A DNA stretch of 64,000 bases from Mobula hypostoma (taxonomy: Eukaryota). The stretch spans positions 3,038,001 through 3,102,000 of the forward strand of contig NC_086104.1 in the NCBI RefSeq assembly GCF_963921235.1, given 5' to 3'. The notes under the pieces were generated by a model. The model made no database searches, was not told the DNA's origin, and saw only the letters and a list, made by a program, of their open reading frames with translations. A program made the translations under genes and the position numbers. Positions 13,608-26,107 of the stretch are shown here, in pieces (the stretch's first letter is position 1; the number at the start of each line of letters is the position of its first letter).

Positions 13608-13714
13608 TTGTCGATTGAACCCGTGGCCTGTGTATTGAGTTTAGGCCTCAGCTTGAGGTTTACATGGGGTCTCTGATCTGACCAACACTGTGATCCACTC
13701 TCCTTCATTCCCAG

Positions 13715-13833
13715 GCCTCCCCGGAGTCCGGCCGCAGCTTCATGCTTGTCAGTTTGTGCAGTCCGCCACAGGAGGCTCTGCTGAAACCGCGGATCGTATT
13801 CGCATCCTCGCCTGCAATACTCCACGGAGGCAA
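13715..13833 (+). CDS. ZNF395-like: ZNF395-family penultimate coding exon
   Basis: Acceptor ctctccttcattcccag|GCC and donor GGCAA|gtaagt; 119 nt, phase 0->2. Reads ASPESGRSFMLVSLCSPPQEALLKPRIVFASSPAILHGG(K). Its phases link the flanking exons exactly. Confidence 0.85.
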
Positions 13834-14835
13834 GTAAGTGAAGGAAGGGCAGTTGTATAAGTAATTGGCGAGGCTACGATCAAGTTGAAATTTTCAAAGA
13901 TTCTTTTATTGTCAAAGTACGTATCCATATACACCTCTGAGCTTTGTCTCCTCCAGATAGCCACAAAACAAAGAAAGAACATGGAAGTCCTTCAGAGAGA
14001 AACATCAAACCCATCCCCCATCTCAATTATCAACCCCAAAACCCCCTCAAACTCACCCCCCCATGCAAAATAAAATGACATCTCAATCATCAACCCCCCA
14101 AACCCCCCCAAACTCACACTCATACAAAATAAAACATCTCAATCATCAACCCCCCAAAACCCCCCTCCTCCCACGCAAAATGGAATTGGAAAGACAACCG
14201 CTCCCCCCACATAAAGAAACTAGCAGAACATCAACCCCCAACACCCTCCCCTCACTCAACAAAACGGAAAAGGAACGGGTGATAAACACAGAATTTAAAG
14301 ACCATAAGTCTGGAAAAATGCACATTCCATGGATGATGGATACCATCCTCTAATGCCGACAGAGAGGGGCACCCCACAGTCCAGCTACAACAGCGACAGG
14401 CCGCTCAGAGCTTCCTTCTCCTGCAGCGATCAGCAGGAAGGCAGTCGACACTGAGCTCTCGCTCGCCTCGGAGCGCAGTCATTTAACCATACACGTGTAT
14501 TCATGTAAGTGAAACAGTTCCCTCGGGGGCCAGCGGGCAGACAGTCACACACAGCACGTATACTGTGCTTACGATCCAGCACACAATAATGTTCGCTCAA
14601 GTCCCTGGGCACCGTGACCTGCAGATTGACAGGTTGATAGAAAGTGTGAGGTGCGTGTTTATGAGAAACAGGATGATGTCACTGACACTGTTATAATAAA
14701 CCAAGCAGTCGTACAGAAATGTGAAACAGCAGCGATAAAAGATGAAAAGTGACCCAAGCAGGATGGGAGTGTGTCTGTGAGTTGGTGGGTGGGGGGAGGT
14801 GACTGAACATGCGTACTGGGTGACAGCAGGATGTT

Positions 14836-15460
14836 CTCTGTCCGCCAGAGAAAGCAGGATCTCCCAGTGGCCACACATTTTAATTCCACATCCCATTCCC
14901 ATTCTGACATGTCTATCCGCAGCCTCCTCTACTGTAAAGATGAAGCCACACTCAGGTTGGAGGAACAACACCTTATATTCCGTCTGGGTAGCCTCCAACC
15001 TGATGGCATGAACATCGACTTCTCTAACTTCCGCTAAGGCCCCACCTCCCCCTCGTACCCCATCTGTTACTTATTTTTATGCACACATTCTTTCTCTCAC
15101 TCTCCTTTTTCTCCCTCTGTCCCTCTGAATATACCTCTTGCCCATCCTCTGGGTTTCCCCCCCACCGCCTTTTCTTTCTCCCTGGGCCTCCTGTCCCATG
15201 ATCCTCTCGTATCCCCTTTGCCTATCACCTGTCCAGCTCTTGGCTCCATCCCTCCCCCTCCTGTCTTCTCCTATCATTTCGGATCACCCCTCCCCCTCCC
15301 CCTTCCACTTTCAAATCTCCTACTAACTCTTCCTTCAGTTAGTCCTGACGAAGGGTCAGGACTGTACCTCTTCCTAGAGATGCTGCCTGGCCTGCTGCGT
15401 TCACCAGCAATTTTGATGTGTGTTGCTTGAAATTCCAGCATCTGCAGAATTCCTGGTGTT
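14836..15460 (+). mobile_element. 5'-truncated Penelope-like element (GIY-YIG end and 3' UTR)
   Basis: Near-identical to 50665-51291 (QDLPVATHFNSTSHSHSDMSI...GMNIDFSNFR*). Confidence 0.92.
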
Positions 15461-15748
15461 AACAAGTCTGACAGCCTGGGGATGAAGCTGTTACTCAGCC
15501 GATTGAAGAATGTTTCAAGAGAACAAAGAAGAGTTGGGTGGGGAAGGTGACTGACCATGTGTACTGGGTGACAGCAGGTTGCTAAGAAGTCTAACAGCCC
15601 AGGGATAGAATCTGATACTTATCTGGACAGTTCTGGTTCTTACACTGTGGTACCTTCTGCATGATGTCAGGAGGTCAAAGAGATTGTGGGAAGGATGGTG
15701 GGGTGTTTGACAATACTGGAGTACTGCATATACAGCACTTCTGATTTA

Positions 15749-17573
15749 CAGAGCCTTTAAAAAGTATTCACCCCCTTGGAAGTTCTCGTGTTTTATTGTT
15801 TTACAACATTGAATCACAGTGGATTTAATTTGGCTTTTTTGACACTGATCAACAAGAAAAGGCTTCTCCGTGTCAAAGTGAAAACAGATCTCTACGAAGT
15901 GATCTAAATTTATTACAAATATAAAACACAGAATAATTGATTGCATAATTACTCACCCCCTTCAACTCAGTATTTAGTAGATGCACCTTTGGCAGCAATT
16001 ACAGCCTTGAGTCTGTGTGGACAGATCTCTATCAGCTCTGCACATCTGGACACTGAAATTTTCCCCCATTCTTCTTTACCAAACTGCTCAATCTCTGTCA
16101 GATTGCATGGGGATCGTGAGTGAACAGCCCTTTTCAAGTCCAGCCACAAATTCTCAATTGGATTGAGGACTGGACTCTGACTTGGCCACTCCAGGACATT
16201 AACTTTGTTGTTTTTAAGCCATTCCTGTGTAGCTTTGGCTTTATGCTTGAGGTCATTGTTTTGCTGGAAAATAAATCTTCTTCCAAATCACAGTTCTCTT
16301 GCAGACTGCATCAGGTTTTCCTCCAGGACTTCCCTGTATTTTGCTGCATTCATTTTACCCTCTACCTTCACAAACCTTCCAGGGCCTGCTGCAGTGAAGC
16401 ATCCCCACAGCATGATGCAGCCACCACCATGCTTCACAATAGGGATGGTGTGTTTTTGATGATGTGCAGTGTTTGTCTTACACCAAACATTGCTTTTAGT
16501 CTGATGGCCAAAAATGCAATTTTGGTTTCATCAGGCCATAGAACCACCTTCCAGCTGATTTCGGAGTCACCCATATACATTCTGGCTATCTCTAGCTGAG
16601 ATTTCATGTGAGTTTTTTTTTCCAACAATGGCTTTCTCTTTGCCGCTCTCCCAAAAAGCTGCAACTGGTGAAGAACCTGGGTCACTGTTGTTGTATGCGC
16701 AGTCTCTCCTATCTCAGTCACTAAAACTTGTAACTCCTCCAGAGTTGTCATGGGTCTCTTGGTGTCCTCCCTCACTGGTCCCCTTCTTGCACGGTCACTC
16801 ATGTTTTGAGGACAGCCTGCTCCAGGCAGATGTACAGCTGTGCCAAATTCTTTCCATTTCTTGATGATTATCTGTTCTCTAAACGATATTCAATGACTTG
16901 GAAATATTCTTGTATCCCTCTCCTGACTTGTACTTTTCAATAATCTTTTCATGGAGTTGTTGGAGTATTCTTTGGTCTTCATGGTGTAGTTTTTGCCAGG
17001 ATATTGACTCACCAGCAGATGGACCTTCCAGATACAGGTATATTTTTACTACAGTCAATTGAAACACCTCGACTGTACAAAAATCTCCAAAAACAGATCT
17101 CCATTTAACTTATCAATCATGTGACTTCTCTTTCAATACTTTTATTATTATATAAATTGCATAAATACAAATACAAAATTCATAAGGATACAAATAAGTA
17201 ATACGAATTGCTTTACATTTAAATCACAGTAATATGATCACAGTATCCCTTATTCCAAATCAACCATGTAGAAAGAAAATTGAATTATGAAATGAAATAA
17301 GATAAGATAATTGACTTCTAAAACCAACTGGCTGCATCAGTGATGATTTGGTGTTATATTAAAGGGGATAAATACTGATGTGATCAATTATTTTGTGTTT
17401 TATATTTGAAATTAATTTAGATCACTTTGTAGAGATCTGCTTTCACTTTGACACAAGAGACTTTTTCTGTTGATCAGTGTCAAAAAAGCCAAATTAAATT
17501 CACTGTGATTCAATGTTGTAAAACAATAAAAGATGAAAACTTCCAAGGGGATGAATACTTTTTTGAGGCAATG
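15749..17573 (-). mobile_element. Degenerate Tc1/mariner transposon
   Basis: TA|cagagcctttaaaaagtattcaccccc ... ggggatgaatacttttttgaggcaatg|TA, with ~210-bp TIRs; transposase remnants PMTTLEELQ and AKRKPLL. Confidence 0.9.
17130..17311 (-). mobile_element. Short AT-rich retro-insertion (LINE 3' tail-like) inside the Tc1
   Basis: Flanked by the direct repeat TGACTTCT at 17122-17129 and 17312-17319. Confidence 0.6.
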
Positions 17574-17689
17574 TATGACCTGTATGGGGGTGGGAGGGGT
17601 GGTAAGACTCAGTACAGTGCTATGCTTTGGCCATCCTGTTGTGGTTAAACTGGAGAGAGAAGATTTATGAGAATGCTGCAAGGATGAGA

Positions 17690-20600
17690 CGGACCGAATT
17701 AATGGGAGTGGTTGGTCAGCCTGAATCCTTATTCTTGGAATGTAGGAGAATGAGGGGTGACCTTAGAGTTCATGACATTATACAGATAAGCTAAAAGTTT
17801 GCAGTCTTTTCTCCAAGATAGAGGAGTCCAGAACTAGGAGATATAGGCTTACAGTGAGAGGGTTAAGATTTAAAAGGAACCCGAGAGACAACAATTTTTC
17901 ACACAGAGGGTGGTGAGGAGATGGAACGAGATGTCAGAGGGTGGTGGGAGTGGATGGAACGAGATGTCAGAGGGTGGGAGTGGATGGAACGAGATGTCAG
18001 AGGGTGGGAGTGGATGGAACGAGATGTCGGAGGGTGGGAGTGGATGGAACGAGATGTCAGAGGGTGGGAGCGGATGGAACGAGCTGTCGGAGGGTGGGAG
18101 CGGATGGAACGAGATGTCGGAGGGTGGGAGCGGATGGAACGAGATGTCGGAGGGTGGGAGCGGATGGAACGAGATGTCGGAGGGTGGGAGCGGATGGAAC
18201 GAGATGTCGGAGGGTGGGAGCGGATGAAACGAGATGTCAGAGAGTGGTGGGAGTGGATGGAACGAGATGTCAGAGGGTGGGAGCGGATGGAACGATATGT
18301 CAGAGAGTGGTGGGAGTGGATGGAACGAGATGTCGGAGGGTGGGAGCGGATGGAACGAGATGTCAGAGGGTGGGAGCGGATGGAACGAGATGTCAGAGGG
18401 TGGGAGTGGATGGAACGAGATGTCAGAGGGTGGGAGTGGATGGAACGAGATGTCAGAGGGTGGGAGTGGATGGAACGAGATGTCAGAGAGTGGTGGGAGT
18501 GGATGGAACGAGATGTCAGAGGGTGGTGGGAGTGGATGGAACGAGATGTCAGAGGGTGGGAGTGGATGGAACGAGATGTCAGAGAGTGGTGGGAGTGGAT
18601 GGAACGAGATGTCAGAGGGTGGTGGGAGTGGATGGAACGAGATGTCAGAGGGTGGGAGCGGATGGAACGAGATGTCAGAGGGTGGGAGTGGATGGAACGA
18701 GATGTCAGAGGGTGGGAGCGGATGGAACGAGATGTCAGAGGGTGGTGGGAGTGGATGGAACGAGATGTCAGAGGGTGGGAGTGGATGGAACGAGATGCTG
18801 GAGGACGGGAGTGGATGGAACGAGATGTCAGAGGGTGGGGGGAGTGGATGGAACGAGATGTCAGAGGGTGGGAGCGGATGGAACGAGATGTCAGAGGGTG
18901 GGAGTGGATGGAACGAGATGTCAGAGGGTGGTGGGAGTGGATGGAACGAGATGTCAGAGGGTGGGAGTGGATGGAACGAGATGCTGGAGGACGGGAGTGG
19001 ATGGAACGAGATGTCAGAGGGTGGGAGCGGATGGAACGATATGTCAGAGAGTGGTGGGAGTGGATGGAACGAGCTGTCAGAGGGTGGGAGTGGATGGAAC
19101 GAGATGTCAGAGGGTGGTGGGAGTGGATGGAACGAGATGTCAGAGGGTGGGAGTGGATGGAACGAGATGCTGGAGGACGGGAGTGGATGGAACGAGATGT
19201 CAGAGGGTGGGGGGAGTGGATGGAACGAGATGTCAGAGGGTGGGAGCGGATGGAACGAGATGTCAGAGGGTGGGAGCGGATGGAACGAGATGTCAGAGGG
19301 TGGGAGTGGATGGAACGAGATGTCAGAGGGTGGGAGTGGATGGAACGAGATGTCAGAGAGTGGTGGGAGTGGATGGAACGAGATGTCAGAGGGTGGTGGG
19401 AGTGGATGGAACGAGATGTCAGAGGGTGGGAGCGGATGGAACGAGATGTCAGAGGGTGGGAGTGGATGGAACGAGATGTCAGAGGGTGGGAGCGGATGGA
19501 ACGAGATGTCAGAGGGTGGTGGGAGTGGATGGAACGAGATGTCAGAGGGTGGGAGTGGATGGAACGAGATGCTGGAGGACGGGAGTGGATGGAACGAGAT
19601 GTCAGAGGGTGGGGGGAGTGGATGGAACGAGATGTCGGAGGGTGGGAGCGGATGGAACGAGATGTCGGAGGGTGGGAGCGGATGGAACGAGATGTCGGAG
19701 GGTGGGAGCGGATGAAACGAGATGTCAGAGAGTGGTGGGAGTGGATGGAACGAGATGTCAGAGGGTGGGAGCGGATGGAACGAGATGTCAGAGGGTGGGA
19801 GCGGATGGAACGATATGTCAGAGAGTGGTGGGAGTGGATGGAACGAGATGTCGGAGGGTGGGAGCGGATGGAACGAGATGTCAGAGGGTGGGAGCGGATG
19901 GAACGAGATGTCAGAGGGTGGGAGTGGATGGAACGAGATGTCAGAGGGTGGGAGTGGATGGAACGAGATGTCAGAGGGTGGGAGTGGATGGAACGAGATG
20001 TCAGAGAGTGGTGGGAGTGGATGGAACGAGATGTCAGAGGGTGGGGGGAGTGGATGGAACGAGATGTCAGAGGGTGGGAGTGGATGGAACGAGATGTCAG
20101 AGAGTGGTGGGAGTGGATGGAACGAGATGTCAGAGGGTGGTGGGAGTGGATGGAACGAGATGTCAGAGGGTGGGAGCGGATGGAACGAGATGTCAGAGGG
20201 TGGGAGTGGATGGAACGAGATGTCAGAGGGTGGGAGCGGATGGAACGAGATGTCAGAGGGTGGTGGGAGTGGATGGAACGAGATGTCAGAGGGTGGGAGT
20301 GGATGGAACGAGATGCTGGAGGACGGGAGTGGATGGAACGAGATGTCAGAGGGTGGGGGGAGTGGATGGAACGAGATGTCAGAGGGTGGGAGCGGATGGA
20401 ACGAGATGTCAGAGGGTGGGAGTGGATGGAACGAGATGTCAGAGGGTGGTGAGAGTGGATGGAACGAGATGTCAGAGGGTGGGAGTGGATGGAACGAGAT
20501 GCTGGAGGACGGGAGTGGATGGAACGAGATGTCAGAGGGTGGGAGCGGATGGAACGATATGTCAGAGAGTGGTGGGAGTGGATGGAACGAGCTGTCAGAG

Positions 20601-23230
20601 GGTGGGAGTGGATGGAACGAGATGTCAGAGGGTGGTGGGAGTGGATGGAACGAGATGTCAGAGGGTGGGAGTGGATGGAACGAGATGCTGGAGGACGGGA
20701 GTGGATGGAACGAGATGTCAGAGGGTGGGGGGAGTGGATGGAACGAGATGTCAGAGGGTGGGAGCGGATGGAACGAGATGTCAGAGGGTGGGAGCGGATG
20801 GAACGAGATGTCAGAGGGTGGGAGTGGATGGAACGAGATGTCAGAGGGTGGGAGTGGATGGAACGAGATGTCAGAGAGTGGTGGGAGTGGATGGAACGAG
20901 ATGTCAGAGGGTGGTGGGAGTGGATGGAACGAGATGTCAGAGGGTGGGAGCGGATGGAACGAGATGTCAGAGGGTGGGAGTGGATGGAACGAGATGTCAG
21001 AGGGTGGGAGCGGATGGAACGAGATGTCAGAGGGTGGTGGGAGTGGATGGAACGAGATGTCAGAGGGTGGGAGTGGATGGAACGAGATGCTGGAGGACGG
21101 GAGTGGATGGAACGAGATGTCAGAGGGTGGGGGGAGTGGATGGAACGAGATGTCAGAGGGTGGGAGCGGATGGAACGAGATGTCAGAGGGTGGGAGCGGA
21201 TGGAACGAGATGTCAGAGGGTGGGAGTGGATGGAACGAGATGTCAGAGGGTGGGAGTGGATGGAACGAGATGTCAGAGAGTGGTGGGAGTGGATGGAACG
21301 AGATGTCAGAGGGTGGTGGGAGTGGATGGAACGAGATGTCAGAGGGTGGGAGCGGATGGAACGAGATGTCAGAGGGTGGGAGTGGATGGAACGAGATGTC
21401 AGAGGGTGGGAGCGGATGGAACGAGATGTCAGAGGGTGGTGGGAGTGGATGGAACGAGATGTCAGAGGGTGGGAGTGGATGGAACGAGATGCTGGAGGAC
21501 GGGAGTGGATGGAACGAGATGTCAGAGGGTGGGGGGAGTGGATGGAACGAGATGTCAGAGGGTGGGAGCGGATGGAACGAGATGTCAGAGGGTGGGAGTG
21601 GATGGAACGAGATGTCAGAGGGTGGTGGGAGTGGATGGAACGAGATGTCAGAGGGTGGGAGTGGATGGAACGAGATGTCAGACGGGAGTGGATGGAACGA
21701 GATGTCAGAGGGTGGGGGGAGTGGATGGAACGAGATGTCAGAGGGTGGGGGGAGTGGATGGAACGAGATGTCAGAGGGTGGTGGGAGCGGATGGAACGAG
21801 ATGTCAGAGGGTGGTGGGAGCGGATGGAACGAGATGTCAGAGGGTGGGAGCGGATGGAACGAGATGTCAGAGGGTGGGAGCGGATGGAACGAGATGTCAG
21901 AGGGTGGGAGTGGATGGAACGAGATGTCAGAGGGTGGGAGCGGATGGAACGAGATGTCAGAGGGTGGTGGGAGTGGATGGAACGAGATGTCAGAGGGTGG
22001 GAGTGGATGGAACGAGATGTCAGACGGGAGTGGATGGAACGAGATGTCAGAGGGTGGGAGTGGATGGAACGAGATGTCAGAGGGTGGGAGCGGATGGAAC
22101 GAGATGTCAGAGGGTGGTGGGAGTGGATGGAACGAGATGTCAGAGGGTGGGAGTGGATGGAACGAGATGTCAGACGGGAGTGGATGGAACGAGATGTCAG
22201 AGGGTGGGGGGAGTGGATGGAACGAGATGTCAGAGGGTGGGAGGAGTGGATGGAACGAGATGTCAGAGGGTGGGGGGAGTGGATGGAACGAGATGTCAGA
22301 GGGTGGTGGGAGTGGATGGAACGAGATGTCAGAGGGTGGTGGGAGTGGATGGAACGAGATGTCAGAGGGTGGGAGTGGATGGAACGAGATGTCAGAGGGT
22401 GGTGGGAGTGGATGGAACGAGATGTCAGAGGGTGGGAGTGGATGGAACGAGATGTCAGACGGGAGTGGATGGAACGAGATGTCAGAGGGTGGGGGGAGTG
22501 GATGGAACGAGATGTCAGAGGGTGGGAGGAGTGGATGGAACGAGATGTCAGAGGGTGGGGGGAGTGGATGGAACGAGATGTCAGAGGGTGGTGGGAGTGG
22601 ATGGAACGAGATGTCAGAGGGTGGTGGGAGTGGATGGAACGAGATGCTGGAGGGTGGGAGTGGATGGAACGAGATGTCAGAGGGTGGTGGGAGTGGATGG
22701 AACGAGATGTCAGATGGGAGTGGATGGAACGAGATGTCAGAGGGTGGTGGGAGTGGATGGAACGAGATGTCAGAGGGTGGGAGTGGATGGAACGAGATGT
22801 CAGAGGGTGGTGGGAGTGGATGGAACGCGATGTCAGAGGGTGGGAGTGGATGGAACGAGATGTCAGAGTGTGGGAGTGGGTGGAACGAGATGTCAGAGGG
22901 TGGTGGGAGCGGATGGAACGAGATGTCCGAGGGTGGGAGTGGATGGAACGAGCTGTCAGATGGTGGGAGTGGATGGAACGAGATGTCGGAGGGTGGTGGG
23001 AGTGGATGGAACGAGATGTCAGAGGGTGGTAGTGGATGGAACAAGATGCTAAAGTTAGTGGTTGATTCGGGTGCAATAGTATCATTTGAGAAACACTTGG
23101 ATAGGTACAAGTTTGGAGGGATGTGGGCTGAATACAGGAAATTCGGACCAGCTGGTTGTGTATCGTGGCTAGCATGGAGTGGATGGGCTGATGGGCCTGT
23201 ATCTGTGCTGGATTGCTTGAGGACTCTGGG
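17690..23230 (+). mobile_element. CR1 3' fragment split by an internal minisatellite expansion
   Basis: CR1 ...ttttcacacagagggtggtg (FFTQRVV) before the array and WNKMLKLVVDSGAIVSFEKHLDRY after it. Confidence 0.8.
17910..23040 (+). repeat. 24/27-bp (occasional 21-bp) G-rich minisatellite, about 5.1 kb, with higher-order structure
   Basis: Unit gagtggatggaacgagatgtcagagggtgg(tgg); all unit lengths are multiples of 3. Confidence 0.98.
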
Positions 23231-23417
23231 GGGGTTTGTGGAGGGGAGAGTGATCAGGTGACTGGACCTCACACGGAGGGGGAGTATGGGTGGACTCCTG
23301 GAGCCATAATGGGGTGTTGAAACTCGTAGAAGAATACAACAGAGGCTCTTTGGCTCAGGATGTTGTGCCAGCTTTTTACCGACCAAGAGTAAATCCTGGC
23401 TTTCCTCTCGTTGGCAG

Positions 23418-23529
23418 GAAGGTGCGCGGTGAAGCGAAGAAATGCCGGAAAGTCTACGGTGTGGAGAACCGTAGCCAGTGGTGTACGGCCTGCAGGTGGA
23501 AGAAGGCTTGCCAGCGCTTCCACGACTGA
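23418..23529 (+). CDS. ZNF395-like: ZNF395-family last coding exon, C-clamp (CR3) domain
   Basis: Acceptor tttcctctcgttggcag|G, phase 2. Reads [36 protein letters not shown], the hallmark C-clamp of ZNF395/ZNF704/SLC2A4RG. Confidence 0.96.
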
Positions 23530-23745
23530 GCGCTGATGACTGACCACCTCCCCAGGGCTGCTCTCTTCTCCCCTGTGGGCCAGCTTGGTGTATGGCTGAT
23601 GCTGGGTTTCTGCTGAAGGGTTGAGGGGTGGTGGCAACTTCCGGTTCTCCAGGGCTGGACGTCTGCAGTAGGTGGGAGATCATTAGGGCCATGCACTTGG
23701 CCCTGCCACTCGTGTTTTCCTGTCCCGGAGATTTTGTTCCAATGG

Positions 23746-23911
23746 NNNNNNNNNNNNNNNNNNNNNNNNNNNNNNNNNNNNNNNNNNNNNNNNNNNNNNN
23801 NNNNNNNNNNNNNNNNNNNNNNNNNNNNNNNNNNNNNNNNNNNNNNNNNNNNNNNNNNNNNNNNNNNNNNNNNNNNNNNNNNNNNNNNNNNNNNNNNNNN
23901 NNNNNNNNNNN
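23746..23911. other. Assembly gap (166 N) next to a (TG)n tract in the putative 3' UTR
   Basis: Run of N. Confidence 0.99.
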
Positions 23912-24508
23912 TGTGTGTGTATGATGTGTTGTGTGTGTGTACAGTTTTTTTGTGTACATGTGAATGAATATGTACCATGTGTGAGTGTGTGCGTACTGTG
24001 AGTGCACGTGTGTATGTGCGCGTGCGTGCGTGCGTGCGTGTGTGTGACTGCCTTTGCTCATGGTGCAGGCACCATTTCGGAGTGTGTGTGTGTGCAGAGC
24101 ACACTATCTCTGCTGTGACACACTCCCTCCCTCTGAGGCTTTGCCCACACCAGCCAATCCAGCAGTGCAGCCAGCGGTGCGCTTGCGCAGTTCCTGTAGG
24201 TGGGGAGGAGACGGAAGGGAGGACCACACCCTTGTCCGGTCTGGAACTGTGCAAACCTGGTCATTGATACGTGATCCGTTGGTGTACTTGTTTCTGAACT
24301 GGGATTTGTTTTGGAGTGATCTGACCCTTGTGCAATGGGGGTGTTCTGATCTGTGGTGCTGTGGAGCCAGGGTCAATATGGCACCCGGACAGTTCCGGGA
24401 CAAACAGCTGGGCCCGTGCAAGCATTCACTCTTCAGTCTTTGCCCAACTGTCCTGTCGTCAGATCCTGACAGTCTCATTTTGTGTATTTACAAATCTTTG
24501 TGATTTTA

Positions 24509-24514
24509 AATAAA
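24509..24514 (+). promoter_or_regulatory. Candidate poly(A) signal of the ZNF395-like gene
   Basis: AATAAA about 1 kb downstream of the stop codon, in unique sequence. Confidence 0.45.
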
Positions 24515-25009
24515 AAATTAAAGATGGTGATCTGGAATTGAGTATTTTTCTTCTCTTTCTCACAGTGTTGGCTTTGCTGAAAAGGCCAGCTTTTCTGCCT
24601 GACGGCCCCTTGGGCAGGTAGTGGGGTGAGCCGCCTTTCTGAAGCCCCCACACTGCTGTTGAGGACGGAGGCCCAGGCGGTGCTCCAGGTCAGGATTTAT
24701 CTACCATTACGCGAGGAGCCTGGAGCTGAGAGTCTGTGCTGTTCACCAACCCCTCCCCGGCTCGGCCCCACATGCCCAGGATGTTTGTGATCTTGTCACA
24801 GCCGGTTCCCTCAGCTGTTGCTGTTGTGAACGCTGCGCTGGGTGGTCTCGAAGCCAGGACACCCCAACAGCCATTTCTATATCATCCGGAAGTTCTGGAT
24901 AAGGGGGAGGGGATGCTATTCGAGGATATAGTCTGGAGCTGAGGGACCTGGTGGGGACACCTCGGCCTTTTGCATAATCTGTTCTTCCTCATTGTTTGGG
25001 TTTAACCTT

Positions 25010-26107
25010 TGGATGCCAGTGTCGGTTAGCCACCTAGGATCTCCGTCCCCAGCTTTTGTTTCATTTTGCCTATACTGAATCTTTTAGACCAAAGGATCTA
25101 CCCCAAGGCTAGTCCCCACCAGTCCACACCAATCCTCCCATAGAGATCACGAGAAAAAGTTACAGTCTGTCTGCTATCTCCCATTTTCAACTCAACCCGG
25201 GACAACCAACGGGTCTCCTAAGAGCTGATTCATCTTCCTATGTTTTTCTATCTTTGTTCAGGTGTTGTTGTTGTGGGTGCTGTCGTTATGGGATCAGTAG
25301 GCCAAGTCCTAGCATGCAGTGTTATTTCTGGGGATTAGTGTTCCTGTTACACATTTCACCCACCTGTTAATTGTTCTCCAAGAAGGACATAAACACTTAC
25401 TCTATATTAATCACCTTAGCCTTTTCCACTGGCGAATGGAGCAGGTTCTAATCTCGAGGTCTTCGGACTCTTCCAAACACTGTCTTGTACTGAGTCCGAA
25501 CTCAGGGTGGTCACTGGCCTGTATAGGGCAGCTCCGCTCCCTACCCTGGTCTTGACTCCTGTCTGTCAAGCAAGTCTCACGGGTGGCTACCCTGGTCCGA
25601 TCTTGATGATAAGCAGGTTTCTCGGATGGGTTCGTTGGGATCCTATGTAATAGGAATCACATCCTCATCGCCAGATTCTGTTAGAGAATTTAGCACTGAT
25701 CAAACACAAAGTAGGCAAAGACCTCGAAGCTAGTTACCGCCTTTATTTCGTGAATTCATGGGAGCCATTCCACACGTCTCTGCCAACGCAAGGTTACAAT
25801 TCCAATTTATACAGTGGATCTATCCACACAAGTCCAACCAGTCTCCAGACACTGTTTCTGCAATTTATATAACGTTAGCAGCTATACACAAACAAGACAG
25901 GATCTGCAGATGCCAGAAATCCAAGCAACACACACACAAAAAGCTGGAGGAACTCAGTGGCCAGGCAGCATCTATGGAAAAAAGTACAGTTGATGTTTCG
26001 GGACGAGACCCTTCGGCAGGACTGGCACCAATACAACAGGTTCATCATTGATCATTGTACCAAACAAACCATCAATCACGTTGTTACTCAGACCACTATC
26101 GATGATA
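25010..26107 (-). mobile_element. LTR-retroelement remnant: LTR, tRNA-Ser PBS and leader
   Basis: Minus-strand TGGCGATGAGGATGTGAT (25656-25673) just after an LTR-like end ...ctctaaca, with AATAAA inside the LTR. Interrupted by a Penelope-tail fragment at about 25890-26030. Confidence 0.6.

Noticed and set aside
11013-13618. 675-846 aa MDIPLFYGHPP repeat ORFs
   Set aside because: 19-bp minisatellite that lacks stop codons on the + strand.
17870-24061. ORFs of 493-2063 aa (WNEMSEGGSG, HPLPPSDISF repeats)
   Set aside because: Translations of a codon-multiple intronic minisatellite on both strands, with no splice or domain support.
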